A stretch of 39,882 nucleotides of DNA from Minisyncoccota bacterium (GCA_041664265.1 JBAYLD010000006.1:1-39882), one strand, 5' to 3'. Shown: positions 1 through 7,674, counted from the first letter of the stretch. Numbers and translations: made by a program. The notes: generated by a model not told the origin, from the letters alone.

Positions 1-193
1 AGGAGACGCAAAGAAAATGCAAGGAAATTTTTGGGTTTGCCCGCGCGAGTCCGCGAGCGCGGTCGAGGCGCATCAGTTTGGCCGCTGGAAATGGGTTCGC
101 GCAAAGGTTAGTATGTCAGCACATAAAGTTTTACTTTGTGGTATAAAAAGTCAGTGCGACATCCTGCTTCGCATGAGGCTACGCAGGGTGCGT

Positions 194-271
194 GGTGGTC
201 GTAGCTCAATTGGCTAGAGCATCTGCTTGTGGAGCAGAAGGTTGCCGGATCGTCCCCGGTCGACCACCCCA
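194..271 (+). tRNA. tRNA-His (anticodon GTG) with encoded CCA
   Basis: Hand-folded cloverleaf. G-1 (194) lies opposite C73 (268). Acceptor stem GTGGTCG/CGACCAC, D stem GCTC/GAGC, anticodon stem TCTGC/GCAGA with loop TTGTGGA (GTG at 229-231), T stem GCCGG/CCGGT, CCA at 269-271. G-1:C73 is the histidine identity element. Confidence 0.85.
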
Positions 272-298
272 GAATTCTTCGCGTGCTATCATTCGTCT

Positions 299-937
299 AT
301 GAAGACTTTGTTCTTCGGCATTGTGTTCATCCTCATTGTGGGAATCGGCGGATTCTTGTATCGCAACGCGCTCGAGCTCCCGACACGACCCATTGCGTGT
401 CCGCTTGATGCAAGAGTGTGTCCTGATGGCACTTCGGTTGCCCGCACAGGCACAGCATGCACGTTCGCAGAGTGCCTATCGCCGAACGTCTCGCTCCCTG
501 ATATTGGCGTGGCATTTGCTCTACCGTCTGGTTTTGTCCCCACGACACTTCCCGATGCTGCAAGCGTCGTGGCATACGAGACGCCGGCGGCCGGATCGGT
601 TGCGAGCATCGTTATTCGTCGCTACGCGATTGAGGCGTCTTCAACTGCGCTCGCGACCATACAAAAGACGGCTATACGCAGCACCTCTGGAGAGCCGGTT
701 GGCGCGACCTCGTTTTCTTCTACACTGCTCGGCACGCACCGCTTCACAGTTGTTTCTTTGGGGCGTTTTGAGGGTGTCGTTGAAACAGCCTACTATCTCG
801 CCCGTACTACCGATGTGGTGCGTTTCGATGCAATTGACCGCGGGGTCACGAATTGGACCGATCCGAACCTCGATACCACAACGCTCCCGGCCGCTCGAGC
901 GCTCGGGGAACTCCTCACGACACTGCAAGGCCAATAA
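299..937 (+). CDS. Hypothetical membrane-anchored or exported protein
   Basis: The 227..937 ORF overlaps tRNA-His, so I start it at the internal ATG 299 (MKTLFFGIVFILIVGIGGFLY), which gives an N-terminal hydrophobic anchor. I recognise no domain. Confidence 0.6.
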   Translation: MKTLFFGIVFILIVGIGGFLYRNALELPTRPIACPLDARVCPDGTSVARTGTACTFAECLSPNVSLPDIGVAFALPSGFVPTTLPDAASVVAYETPAAGSVASIVIRRYAIEASSTALATIQKTAIRSTSGEPVGATSFSSTLLGTHRFTVVSLGRFEGVVETAYYLARTTDVVRFDAIDRGVTNWTDPNLDTTTLPAARALGELLTTLQGQ

Positions 938-999
938 CGAGGGTCGCTTGGTTTTGGCGCGGTGCTATACTCTCAGGAGCTATTCGCTAACTATTTTTT

Positions 1000-1806
1000 A
1001 TGGATAACAACTTTTTCAGTAACCTGTTTGACGCCAAGAGCCTGCGTATCGCTTCGGTGAGCGTGCTTGGCATTCTCGCGCTCTTTTTGCTCGCACAGAC
1101 GATAAGCACGTTCGGTGACCTTGGCCGCTCGGGTATACCGGCGACCGATACCATTACGGTGCAGGGCGACGGCCAGGCGACCCTCCCGCCGGACGTCGCA
1201 CGTATTTCATTTACGGTTGAAAATATGAAAACGACTGTATCTGAAGCGCAGGCCGCGACCACTAAACAGACGAATGCCGCCATCGCATATGTGAAGGAAC
1301 AGGGTATCGCCGAGAAGGATATCAAGACGCTCTCGTACAACATCTATCCGCAGTATTCTTACCCAAGCCCGTGCCCCTTCGGCGCGATTTGTCCGGACTA
1401 TAGGGACACGCCAAAGATAGTCGGCTACCAAGTTTCCCAAACGATCCAAGTAACGATGCGCGACCTGACCAAGACGGGCGATCTCATCGCGGGTCTCGGC
1501 CGGCTTGAAGTCCAGAATTTGAACGGCCCAGCCTTTACGCTCGATGACACCACCGCAGGCTATGATGCCGCGCGCGCTGATGCGATCGCGAAGGCTAAGT
1601 CGCAGGCAGATCTACTCGCTAAACAGCTCGGCGTCCGCCTGGGTAAGATCGTGAACTTCAGCGAATCCTCGGGTGGGTATCCGTATCCGATGGCCTACGG
1701 CATGGGCGGCGGCGTTGTTGACTCCAAGGCAGTCTCTGCGCCGAACATCCCTGTAGGCGAGAATACCTACAACGCCTCGGTCTCTATCACCTACGAGATT
1801 CGTTAA
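1000..1806 (+). CDS. SIMPL/DUF541-family periplasmic protein
   Basis: N-terminal TM segment, then ITVQGDGQATLPPDVARISFTVE...AIAYVKEQGIAEKDIKT...YQVSQTIQV, typical of the SIMPL (26-kDa periplasmic immunogenic protein) family. Confidence 0.75.
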   Translation: MDNNFFSNLFDAKSLRIASVSVLGILALFLLAQTISTFGDLGRSGIPATDTITVQGDGQATLPPDVARISFTVENMKTTVSEAQAATTKQTNAAIAYVKEQGIAEKDIKTLSYNIYPQYSYPSPCPFGAICPDYRDTPKIVGYQVSQTIQVTMRDLTKTGDLIAGLGRLEVQNLNGPAFTLDDTTAGYDAARADAIAKAKSQADLLAKQLGVRLGKIVNFSESSGGYPYPMAYGMGGGVVDSKAVSAPNIPVGENTYNASVSITYEIR

Positions 1807-1853
1807 AACCACAAGGAGACACCTCCCTCCGTGAGGAGTCACCTTGTGGTTTT
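1807..1853 (+). terminator. Intrinsic terminator hairpin
   Basis: AAAACCACAAGG...CCTTGTGGTTTT inverted repeat immediately after the stop at 1806. Confidence 0.7.
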
Positions 1854-1881
1854 AGGTGTCTCTTTGTGCAGTTCTCGCGAG

Positions 1882-1910
1882 TTGACGCATTCCGAGTGCT
1901 ATAGTATGCT
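1882..1910 (+). promoter_or_regulatory. Candidate sigma-70 promoter for secE-nusG-rplK
   Basis: TTGACG (1882-1887), 17-nt spacer, TATGCT (1905-1910). Confidence 0.4.
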
Positions 1911-1961
1911 CTTGAAATATAGAGCCCGTGGGGGCTTTTTATTTACCAACACACCTCTCCC

Positions 1962-2147
1962 ATGACATCACTTTTTACCTATCTGAAGCATGTGCGCGAA
2001 GAATTCACGCATATCGTCTGGCCGACGCGCCAGAAGGCTGTTTCGCATACGCTTGTGGTTATCTTTATCGCGGCGGTTATCGCGCTCCTGGTCGGCCTCT
2101 TGGATTATGTCTTCGGTTTGGGAGTGAGCCGGACGATTCTCGGCTAA
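1962..2147 (+). CDS. secE: Preprotein translocase subunit SecE
   Basis: 61 aa with a single C-terminal TM. The motif KHVREEFTHIVWPTRQK matches the SecE consensus, and the position upstream of nusG-rplK is conserved. Confidence 0.85.
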   Translation: MTSLFTYLKHVREEFTHIVWPTRQKAVSHTLVVIFIAAVIALLVGLLDYVFGLGVSRTILG

Positions 2148-2157
2148 TATCTCTCCT

Positions 2158-2796
2158 ATGGACGACCAAAACCTAGAACAGGATGGAGTAGGATTGCCGG
2201 AGGACGTTGAGATGGCGGATATCGCGCCCTCGATGCCGAAGGTTGTCCGCGATGAGGTAACACCGCGCAAGGAAGATGCGCGGTGGTATACCATCCACAC
2301 CTACGCTGGCTACGAGAATGCGGTGGAGCGCAACTTGAAGCAGCGCATCGAGTCTTTGGGTATGGAGGAAAAGATTTTTGATGTGATCGTGCCGACCGAA
2401 AAGAAGATCCGTGTGAAGGGTGGCAAGCGAGTCGTTGAAGAAGAGAAGATTTATCCGGGCTATATTTTGGTGCGTATGATCGTGGACGACGATTCGTGGT
2501 TCGTGGTGCGTAATACTCCGAGGGTGACGGGCTTCGTCGGCTCCGGCAACACGCCGGTCCCGATGGAGGAATCAGAGATTGACTCGCTGATGAAGCGTAT
2601 GAAGGCCGAGGCGCCTAAACACCGTATTGATCTCATGAAAGATGACCCGGTCGTCATCGCCGACGGGCCGTTTAAGGATCTGGAAGGGAAGGTGAGCGAC
2701 ATTGACGAGGATCGCGGGAAGGTGAAGGTAATGGTCTCGATGTTCGGGCGGGAGACGCCGGTCGAGCTCGACTTTTTGCAAGTTCGTAAACTCTAA
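2158..2796 (+). CDS. nusG: Transcription termination/antitermination factor NusG with an acidic N-terminal extension
   Basis: WYTIHTYAGYENAVERNLKQRIE (NGN domain) and a C-terminal KOW (VVIADGPFKDLEGKVSDID). Conserved secE-nusG-rplK synteny. Confidence 0.9.
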   Translation: MDDQNLEQDGVGLPEDVEMADIAPSMPKVVRDEVTPRKEDARWYTIHTYAGYENAVERNLKQRIESLGMEEKIFDVIVPTEKKIRVKGGKRVVEEEKIYPGYILVRMIVDDDSWFVVRNTPRVTGFVGSGNTPVPMEESEIDSLMKRMKAEAPKHRIDLMKDDPVVIADGPFKDLEGKVSDIDEDRGKVKVMVSMFGRETPVELDFLQVRKL

Positions 2797-2814
2797 GGTA
2801 GAGTCAAACACATT

Positions 2815-3234
2815 ATGGCTACAGTCGTAAAAAAGATAAAACTACAGATCCCTGGCGGGGCGGCGACGCCTGCGCCTCCGGTCGGCACCGCGCTTGGACC
2901 CGCGGGCGTGAACATCGGCCAATTCGTGACCCAATTTAACGAGGCGACCAAAGACAAGAAGGGGGTCATCATCCCGATCGACCTCTCGGTGTATGACGAC
3001 CGCTCGTTCACCTTTATCATGAAGAATCCGCCGGCCTCAAGACTGATCTTGAAGGCGCTTGGCATCGAGAAGGGCTCGAGCAAGGTCAAAGAAAAGAAAG
3101 CGGGCGTCTTAACGAAGGATCAAGTTGCCGCGATTGTCGCTGAGAAGATGCCGGACATGAATGCTGGCTCGCCCGAGGCGGCCGCTCGCACTATCGAGGG
3201 CACGGCGCGCTCAATGGGCATTTCGGTTAAATAA
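2815..3234 (+). CDS. rplK: 50S ribosomal protein L11
   Basis: [42 protein letters not shown] is the canonical L11 N-terminus. Confidence 0.95.
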   Translation: MATVVKKIKLQIPGGAATPAPPVGTALGPAGVNIGQFVTQFNEATKDKKGVIIPIDLSVYDDRSFTFIMKNPPASRLILKALGIEKGSSKVKEKKAGVLTKDQVAAIVAEKMPDMNAGSPEAAARTIEGTARSMGISVK

Positions 3235-3267
3235 ACGGCGTATTTTGTGGAAGTCCGACTTCCACAG

Positions 3268-3307
3268 AAATCGGCACGAGGCGTCGCCTCGTGCCGATTT
3301 GCTTTTT
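3268..3307 (+). terminator. Intrinsic terminator after rplK
   Basis: AAATCGGCACGAGGCG/CGCCTCGTGCCGATTT hairpin followed by GCTTTTT. It is preceded by a second palindrome, GTGGAAGTC-C-GACTTCCAC (3247-3265). Confidence 0.8.
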
Positions 3308-3407
3308 ACCCCTCCGGCGCGTAAGCTCGCAAAGCCGCGCTTCCTCCCTGCACTTGCCTCAAACAAGTAAGCGAAGACGCTCACTTGTTGTTCGGCTCGC
3401 TTGGTAG

Positions 3408-3449
3408 TACAGTTGCCTCGGACTGTTCCAGACAAAAAAACAATAAAAT
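3408..3449 (+). repeat. Repeated leader element, copy A
   Basis: TACAGTTGCCTCGGACTGTTCCAGACAAAAAA is identical over 32 nt to 4644-4675 and similar for ~10 nt beyond that. It lies ~34 nt upstream of ATG 3474 and contains the small hairpin ACAGT-N8-ACTGT. Confidence 0.85.
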
Positions 3450-3473
3450 CGCGTAGAAAAGGAGGAGAAAGAG

Positions 3474-4580
3474 ATGGAAGAGGACAAATTTTCCAGCTAC
3501 ACCTACGGAGAAGGAAAAACAGGGCTCGGCCGGCCGGTTAATTTCACCTGCCGACCGGAAGAAAAGGAGGTGGTTAGAGATTCTCTGGAAAGAATCCGTA
3601 CCATCGACATCCCAACTACTCATCGGGTTAATGTCGGCCGCGGCACCTATGGAAGCTACAGCCGCTATGACATAACCCAGCACAAGTACGGTGGCAGCGG
3701 ACATCCGGGGGCGGGAGGGTACAAGGAAGTCTTAGAAATCAAGCATCCTCCTGATGGCCGTTGGGGTATCGTTGTTAACGAGTATCTCAGTCACAGCGAT
3801 TTTGGCAGCGGATCGTTTACGGAATGGGAGACGCTGCAGGATGCGCTAGGTGCGTTTGAAGCGTACTGGAGATCTAACAAGACCGACATCTCAAAACTTC
3901 CGGGATTCAAACAGCATGTCACTTATGGGTTACTTACGCCGTGGTTCTACGCCATCGGCGACGAGGAACTCGTCGGCGACTACGCGTTCCCCGAGGGATT
4001 ACAGGATGATCCGGTGTATCGCTTTGGGCGGCAGTTCGTCGTTTTAGACAACGATGTACTGACGATAAAAACCTGCATGGGGACTCGCTTCATCAGTGTG
4101 AAGAGCGAATATCGTCCCCAGGGCGAAAATACCTACCGCCTGATTTACTGGGATGATGGAAGTGTCTGGAAAAAAGACATACATTACCCAAGCACCCCGC
4201 CCCGTCCGCTCGAAGAGGGCGAGCTTTGGATCACTGAGGCGATGCAGCAGTTCAAGCAACTGCTCGCCGGCAAGAGTACAGAGTTCACGATCAATTTTAC
4301 CGACGGGAACAAGTTTGTCGGCAAGGTGGTGAAGGCGAACTCGAAAGCTCTCTGTGCCGAAGGCCGTTACACCCTCTCGGTTCATTTTAAGGGAGGAGGA
4401 AAGCCAGCGGAAGGATTTCAGGACTTCAAACCAACGCCGCAATTTCCCGATATTATATCCTTTATCACCGGGAGATACAGACAGGTGGGAAAAGAAGTTG
4501 AGCGTATTGAGGTCAAGAAAATCGAGACCGCAAAGAGCGGTAAAAAGTGGTCGGGAGTGTTCTTTAATCAGCACGTTTGA
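3474..4580 (+). CDS. Hypothetical protein (368 aa, no recognisable domain)
   Basis: Long ORF with a strong SD (AAAAGGAGGAGAAAGAG-ATG) and its own terminator. By eye its codon usage (AGA, TTA, CTA) differs from neighbouring core genes. Confidence 0.7.
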   Translation: MEEDKFSSYTYGEGKTGLGRPVNFTCRPEEKEVVRDSLERIRTIDIPTTHRVNVGRGTYGSYSRYDITQHKYGGSGHPGAGGYKEVLEIKHPPDGRWGIVVNEYLSHSDFGSGSFTEWETLQDALGAFEAYWRSNKTDISKLPGFKQHVTYGLLTPWFYAIGDEELVGDYAFPEGLQDDPVYRFGRQFVVLDNDVLTIKTCMGTRFISVKSEYRPQGENTYRLIYWDDGSVWKKDIHYPSTPPRPLEEGELWITEAMQQFKQLLAGKSTEFTINFTDGNKFVGKVVKANSKALCAEGRYTLSVHFKGGGKPAEGFQDFKPTPQFPDIISFITGRYRQVGKEVERIEVKKIETAKSGKKWSGVFFNQHV

Positions 4581-4590
4581 TTCGCGTATG

Positions 4591-4630
4591 AATGACGCGG
4601 AAGCTTCGCTTCCGCGTCATTTGCTTTTTG
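4591..4630 (+). terminator. Intrinsic terminator
   Basis: AATGACGCGGAAGC-ttc-GCTTCCGCGTCATT followed by TGCTTTTTG. Confidence 0.8.
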
Positions 4631-4643
4631 CTCCCTTTGCGCA

Positions 4644-4684
4644 TACAGTTGCCTCGGACTGTTCCAGACAAAAAACACATAAAA
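4644..4684 (+). repeat. Repeated leader element, copy B
   Basis: Same 32-nt block as 3408-3439, ~31 nt upstream of ATG 4707. Confidence 0.85.
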
Positions 4685-4706
4685 ACATAGAAGGGAGGGT
4701 TGAGAT

Positions 4707-5408
4707 ATGGTGAGGAAAGCAAAAGAAGGCGGGAAAGGGGAGACACTCCCTCTCGTGTATCATGCGGCGGAGCCAGATCCGATCTTGAGAAAGGCGCAAC
4801 GGATCATAAAGGGTACAGCGGAGTTTGAAGATCGTTTCGTGCCGAACCACGAAGAGCTTGTGAAGCTCGTCAACATGTTACGGTCAATGAGCTGCGTTAT
4901 CGCGTTCGTGACGGGTGTGTGGGATTTGATTCATATCGGGCACCTTGATTATTGTGCACTTGGAAAAAAGGAGGCGGCAAAGCTCTACCCAGGGGCTGAC
5001 CATGTGATATTGGTTATCGGGGTGGAAACTGACAAGTTGACGAAGATGCGAAAAGGTCCGAAGCGGCCGGCGGTTTCTGAAAACGAGCGTGTCAGAACAC
5101 TGGCTCACCAGCGATGGGCTGACGTCATAACGTTACAGTATGAACCGAACCAGCTTTTTGTGACCGTGCCGCATGATGTAAGAATCATCTCGACATCTAC
5201 GGCGGATCTACCGAATCTCGAGATGATACAGAAGCAGTGTGCACATATCGTGAATCTCCCGCCACAAGCTGAGACAAGCACGACTGCACGGATCCGACAG
5301 TTCTATTTTGAAGGTGTCGAAGAGGCATTTGTAGAAATTGAACAGGGAATCAAAACAACTCTGCAGAACGTGCGTAACAAAATCGGTCAGACGGGAGGTA
5401 CGATATGA
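4707..5408 (+). CDS. Cytidylyltransferase-family nucleotidyltransferase (RfaE domain II-like)
   Basis: FVTGVWDLIHIGHLDY (the HxGH nucleotidyltransferase motif), then VIGVETD...KGPKRPAVSENERV, and a C-terminal STTARIRQ resembling the ISSTxxI motif. SD is GAAGGGAGGG. Confidence 0.7.
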   Translation: MVRKAKEGGKGETLPLVYHAAEPDPILRKAQRIIKGTAEFEDRFVPNHEELVKLVNMLRSMSCVIAFVTGVWDLIHIGHLDYCALGKKEAAKLYPGADHVILVIGVETDKLTKMRKGPKRPAVSENERVRTLAHQRWADVITLQYEPNQLFVTVPHDVRIISTSTADLPNLEMIQKQCAHIVNLPPQAETSTTARIRQFYFEGVEEAFVEIEQGIKTTLQNVRNKIGQTGGTI

Positions 5409-6256
5409 AATCAACAAAAAATAGTACTGTCGTATTGGTCGCGTATGTCCCAGTGCCGCATGCGGGATATCTGAAGTTCTTCCGTGCGTACGCGGGAGGG
5501 GTACTCTATGTTCTTGGTAACGAGTTCATCAAGGAGTTCCAACCGCTCGTCCGGCATTTGCCGGGTGTTCAATCGGAGGAGGTGCGGTGGATGGTCAAAG
5601 CGCTCAATATCTTTGACCGAGTTCATATCCTCACGCCAAGGAATATGGATGAAGTTCTGGAATCAACAGTGGTCGTCATGCCGGATGAAGATGTGTCGCA
5701 CGCTATGGCAGAGAAGTATTTTGCCGGAGTAGCGATAACCTTTGATGGCAGTTGGCGGCTTCGCTGGGACTGGGGCGCGACGCAGGTGAAGCGGCGGCCA
5801 GAAGGTGAGCGCGTTATCTCAACTAAAGAGTTTGACCGCGAGCTTATGCGAACCTCCTTCAAATTCGCAGACAAAAGTCCTGATTGGTGGCGACAGATCG
5901 GAGCACTCCTTGTAAAGGATGGTGAAGTTCTGCTCGCTGCCTTTAATGAGCATGTGCCCTGCGAACAGAGCGCATATTGCTACGGTGATCCGCGAAGTAA
6001 TTTCGAGCCGGGGCAGGACATTGATGTCTCAAGCGCCCTGCATGCCGAAGTGGGGCTGATCGCCGAGGCCGCGAATCGCGGAATCTCTACGAGAGGATGC
6101 GATTTGTATGTGACGACCTTCCCTTGTCCACCGTGTGCGGGCCCTTGTTCTCGAACGGGGATTAAGCGTCTGTATTATGTGGATGGATATGCGCTCGTCG
6201 CCGGAGCCGAAGCGCTCCAATCGCGAGGAGTGGAGATTATCCGTGTGGAAATGTAG
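5405..6256 (+). CDS. Fusion protein: unknown N-terminal domain plus a dCMP/cytidine deaminase zinc-binding domain
   Basis: The C-terminal half has HAEVGLIAEAA...TTFPCPPCAGPC (the HAE...PCxxC deaminase signature). About 140 aa of N-terminal extension are absent from ordinary ~150-aa dCMP deaminases. ATGA overlap with the upstream gene. Confidence 0.8.
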   Translation: MKSTKNSTVVLVAYVPVPHAGYLKFFRAYAGGVLYVLGNEFIKEFQPLVRHLPGVQSEEVRWMVKALNIFDRVHILTPRNMDEVLESTVVVMPDEDVSHAMAEKYFAGVAITFDGSWRLRWDWGATQVKRRPEGERVISTKEFDRELMRTSFKFADKSPDWWRQIGALLVKDGEVLLAAFNEHVPCEQSAYCYGDPRSNFEPGQDIDVSSALHAEVGLIAEAANRGISTRGCDLYVTTFPCPPCAGPCSRTGIKRLYYVDGYALVAGAEALQSRGVEIIRVEM

Positions 6257-6273
6257 TTTTGTCTGAAATGAAT

Positions 6274-6301
6274 AAACCCCCAGTCCTAGGACTGGGGGTT
6301 T
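6274..6301. terminator. Bidirectional terminator between convergent operons
   Basis: AAACCCCCAGTCC-TAGG-ACTGGGGGTTT, flanked by A-rich and T-rich runs. Confidence 0.8.
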
Positions 6302-6312
6302 CTGTTTGTCGG

Positions 6313-6786
6313 CTACTTTTCAAAGCCAACGAGGGCTTTGATCGGTTTCGAGTCTGTCTCGTCCCGTGCACCACCAACAATCAGGTGTGAGTGCAGATGT
6401 GTCACGGTCGCTCCGGTGAACAACGTTTCGCCCGAGCGAGTCATAAACGTCGCTCCGGTGATTGTATGTTCCTCTATCACTTGTCGGTAAAGATCATGCC
6501 GATACAGCAACATGGTAGCCGTCATATCTTCAATTCGTTCAATATGCGTACGCGCAATGAATAGAAGATGGAGGCGCGTTCCGACGTACGGCCATGTGTT
6601 TTTGGTGACAAGCCAATGCTTGTTTTGGAACAACACTGGGTTGGGGTGGTGTTTGAAAAGGTGTTCCTCGCAGAACGGGCAGAAACCCGCAGCGATGATT
6701 TCTTCAAGCACCTTTACATAATCGTCACGCGGTACCACACTGGCATTCCCCACATCGACTTGTTTTTTCTCTCCCACTTTCGGCAC
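6313..6786 (-). CDS. HIT (histidine triad) family protein
   Basis: CPFC motif and the histidine triad HLHSHLIVG. GTG start 6 nt after the thyA-like stop, preceded by AAGGAGG. Confidence 0.8.
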   Translation of the reverse strand: MPKVGEKKQVDVGNASVVPRDDYVKVLEEIIAAGFCPFCEEHLFKHHPNPVLFQNKHWLVTKNTWPYVGTRLHLLFIARTHIERIEDMTATMLLYRHDLYRQVIEEHTITGATFMTRSGETLFTGATVTHLHSHLIVGGARDETDSKPIKALVGFEK

Positions 6787-6792
6787 CTCCTT

Positions 6793-7674
6793 TCACGGGC
6801 TGTAGGGAATCTTCATTGCGGGTTGCGGATCATATTCCTCAAGGGTGAAGTGTTCGACTCTGAAGTCGAACAGACTTCTTACCGTCGGATCGAGCTTCAG
6901 GATTGGGAAGCGGTTCGGCCACCGTTTTATAAGTTGCCGTACACTGTCAGCCTGGTTCTCGTAGATGTGTGCGTCCACGAGACTGTGAATGTAGTTGCCA
7001 GCCGCATATTTTGTTACCTGACACACCATGAGTAGGAGCGCCGCATACTGGATCATGTTTGAGGGTACGCCAATCGGCATATCCGCCGAACGTTGATCCA
7101 TGCGCATATCGAGCCTCCCATTAATGACGCGAAAGTGTAGCTCCCCGTGACAGGGCGCGACATTCACCATGCGTCGCGGCCCTCGTGCCGTATAGAACGG
7201 GATCCACGGCGTGACGCGATGCGTGCGCATGTACGGATAATTGCGGATCTGCTCGAGCACCTGTTCGAGCTGATTGAGCGTCTCGCCGTTCGGCATCGGG
7301 AAGTCGTGAAATGCCGGCCCATACGAGCCGGGACCCAAATCGCCCGGTGCGAGCGGAAGTCCTACGTCTTTGTTCCGGTAGTCCTCCCAAAAGTCGCATC
7401 CGTAGGATGCAATTTCATCGAGAGTGCGCGCTCCATTTATAAACGCGATGATCTCGGCGACGGCTTTCCTCCAGAAGCCGATTTTTCGCTCGGTAATGAG
7501 CGGCACCCCGTTTTTGAGGTCAAAAACCATTGGTGAGAGTGTTCCGAAGCAGGTAAGTGCCCCAATCCCTTGTGCTGTATCCTTCGCTAATTCACCATGA
7601 TGAAGAATGTGCGCGAGCCGATCTCTATATTGAGTATCTGGCTTTCGCTCCTCAAACGGTTTGTACTGTATCAT
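6793..7674 (-). CDS. Thymidylate synthase (ThyA) family protein, atypical
   Basis: APCHGELHF (catalytic Cys), DQRSADMPIGVPSNMIQYA and DAHIYENQ all align to E. coli ThyA motifs. I start it at the internal ATG 7674 (MIQYKPF, SD GAAAGGAGG) because the longer ORF runs into the argS promoter and coding region. Confidence 0.85.
   Translation of the reverse strand: MIQYKPFEERKPDTQYRDRLAHILHHGELAKDTAQGIGALTCFGTLSPMVFDLKNGVPLITERKIGFWRKAVAEIIAFINGARTLDEIASYGCDFWEDYRNKDVGLPLAPGDLGPGSYGPAFHDFPMPNGETLNQLEQVLEQIRNYPYMRTHRVTPWIPFYTARGPRRMVNVAPCHGELHFRVINGRLDMRMDQRSADMPIGVPSNMIQYAALLLMVCQVTKYAAGNYIHSLVDAHIYENQADSVRQLIKRWPNRFPILKLDPTVRSLFDFRVEHFTLEEYDPQPAMKIPYSP

Noticed and set aside
17-217. 66-aa ORF at the window start
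   Set aside because: It overlaps the tRNA-His gene (194-271), shows no similarity to anything I recognise and has no SD. It most likely lies over the promoter and leader region of the tRNA.
227-298. N-terminal extension of the 227..937 ORF
   Set aside because: It would be translated through the 3' half of tRNA-His. The internal ATG at 299 gives a clean TM anchor.
1922-1941. Small hairpin AGCCC-gtgg-GGGCT plus TTTTT between the candidate promoter and secE, considered as an attenuator
   Set aside because: The stem is only 5 bp, and tRNA-Trp, which often occupies this position in other bacteria, is absent. There is not enough evidence to call it a regulatory element.
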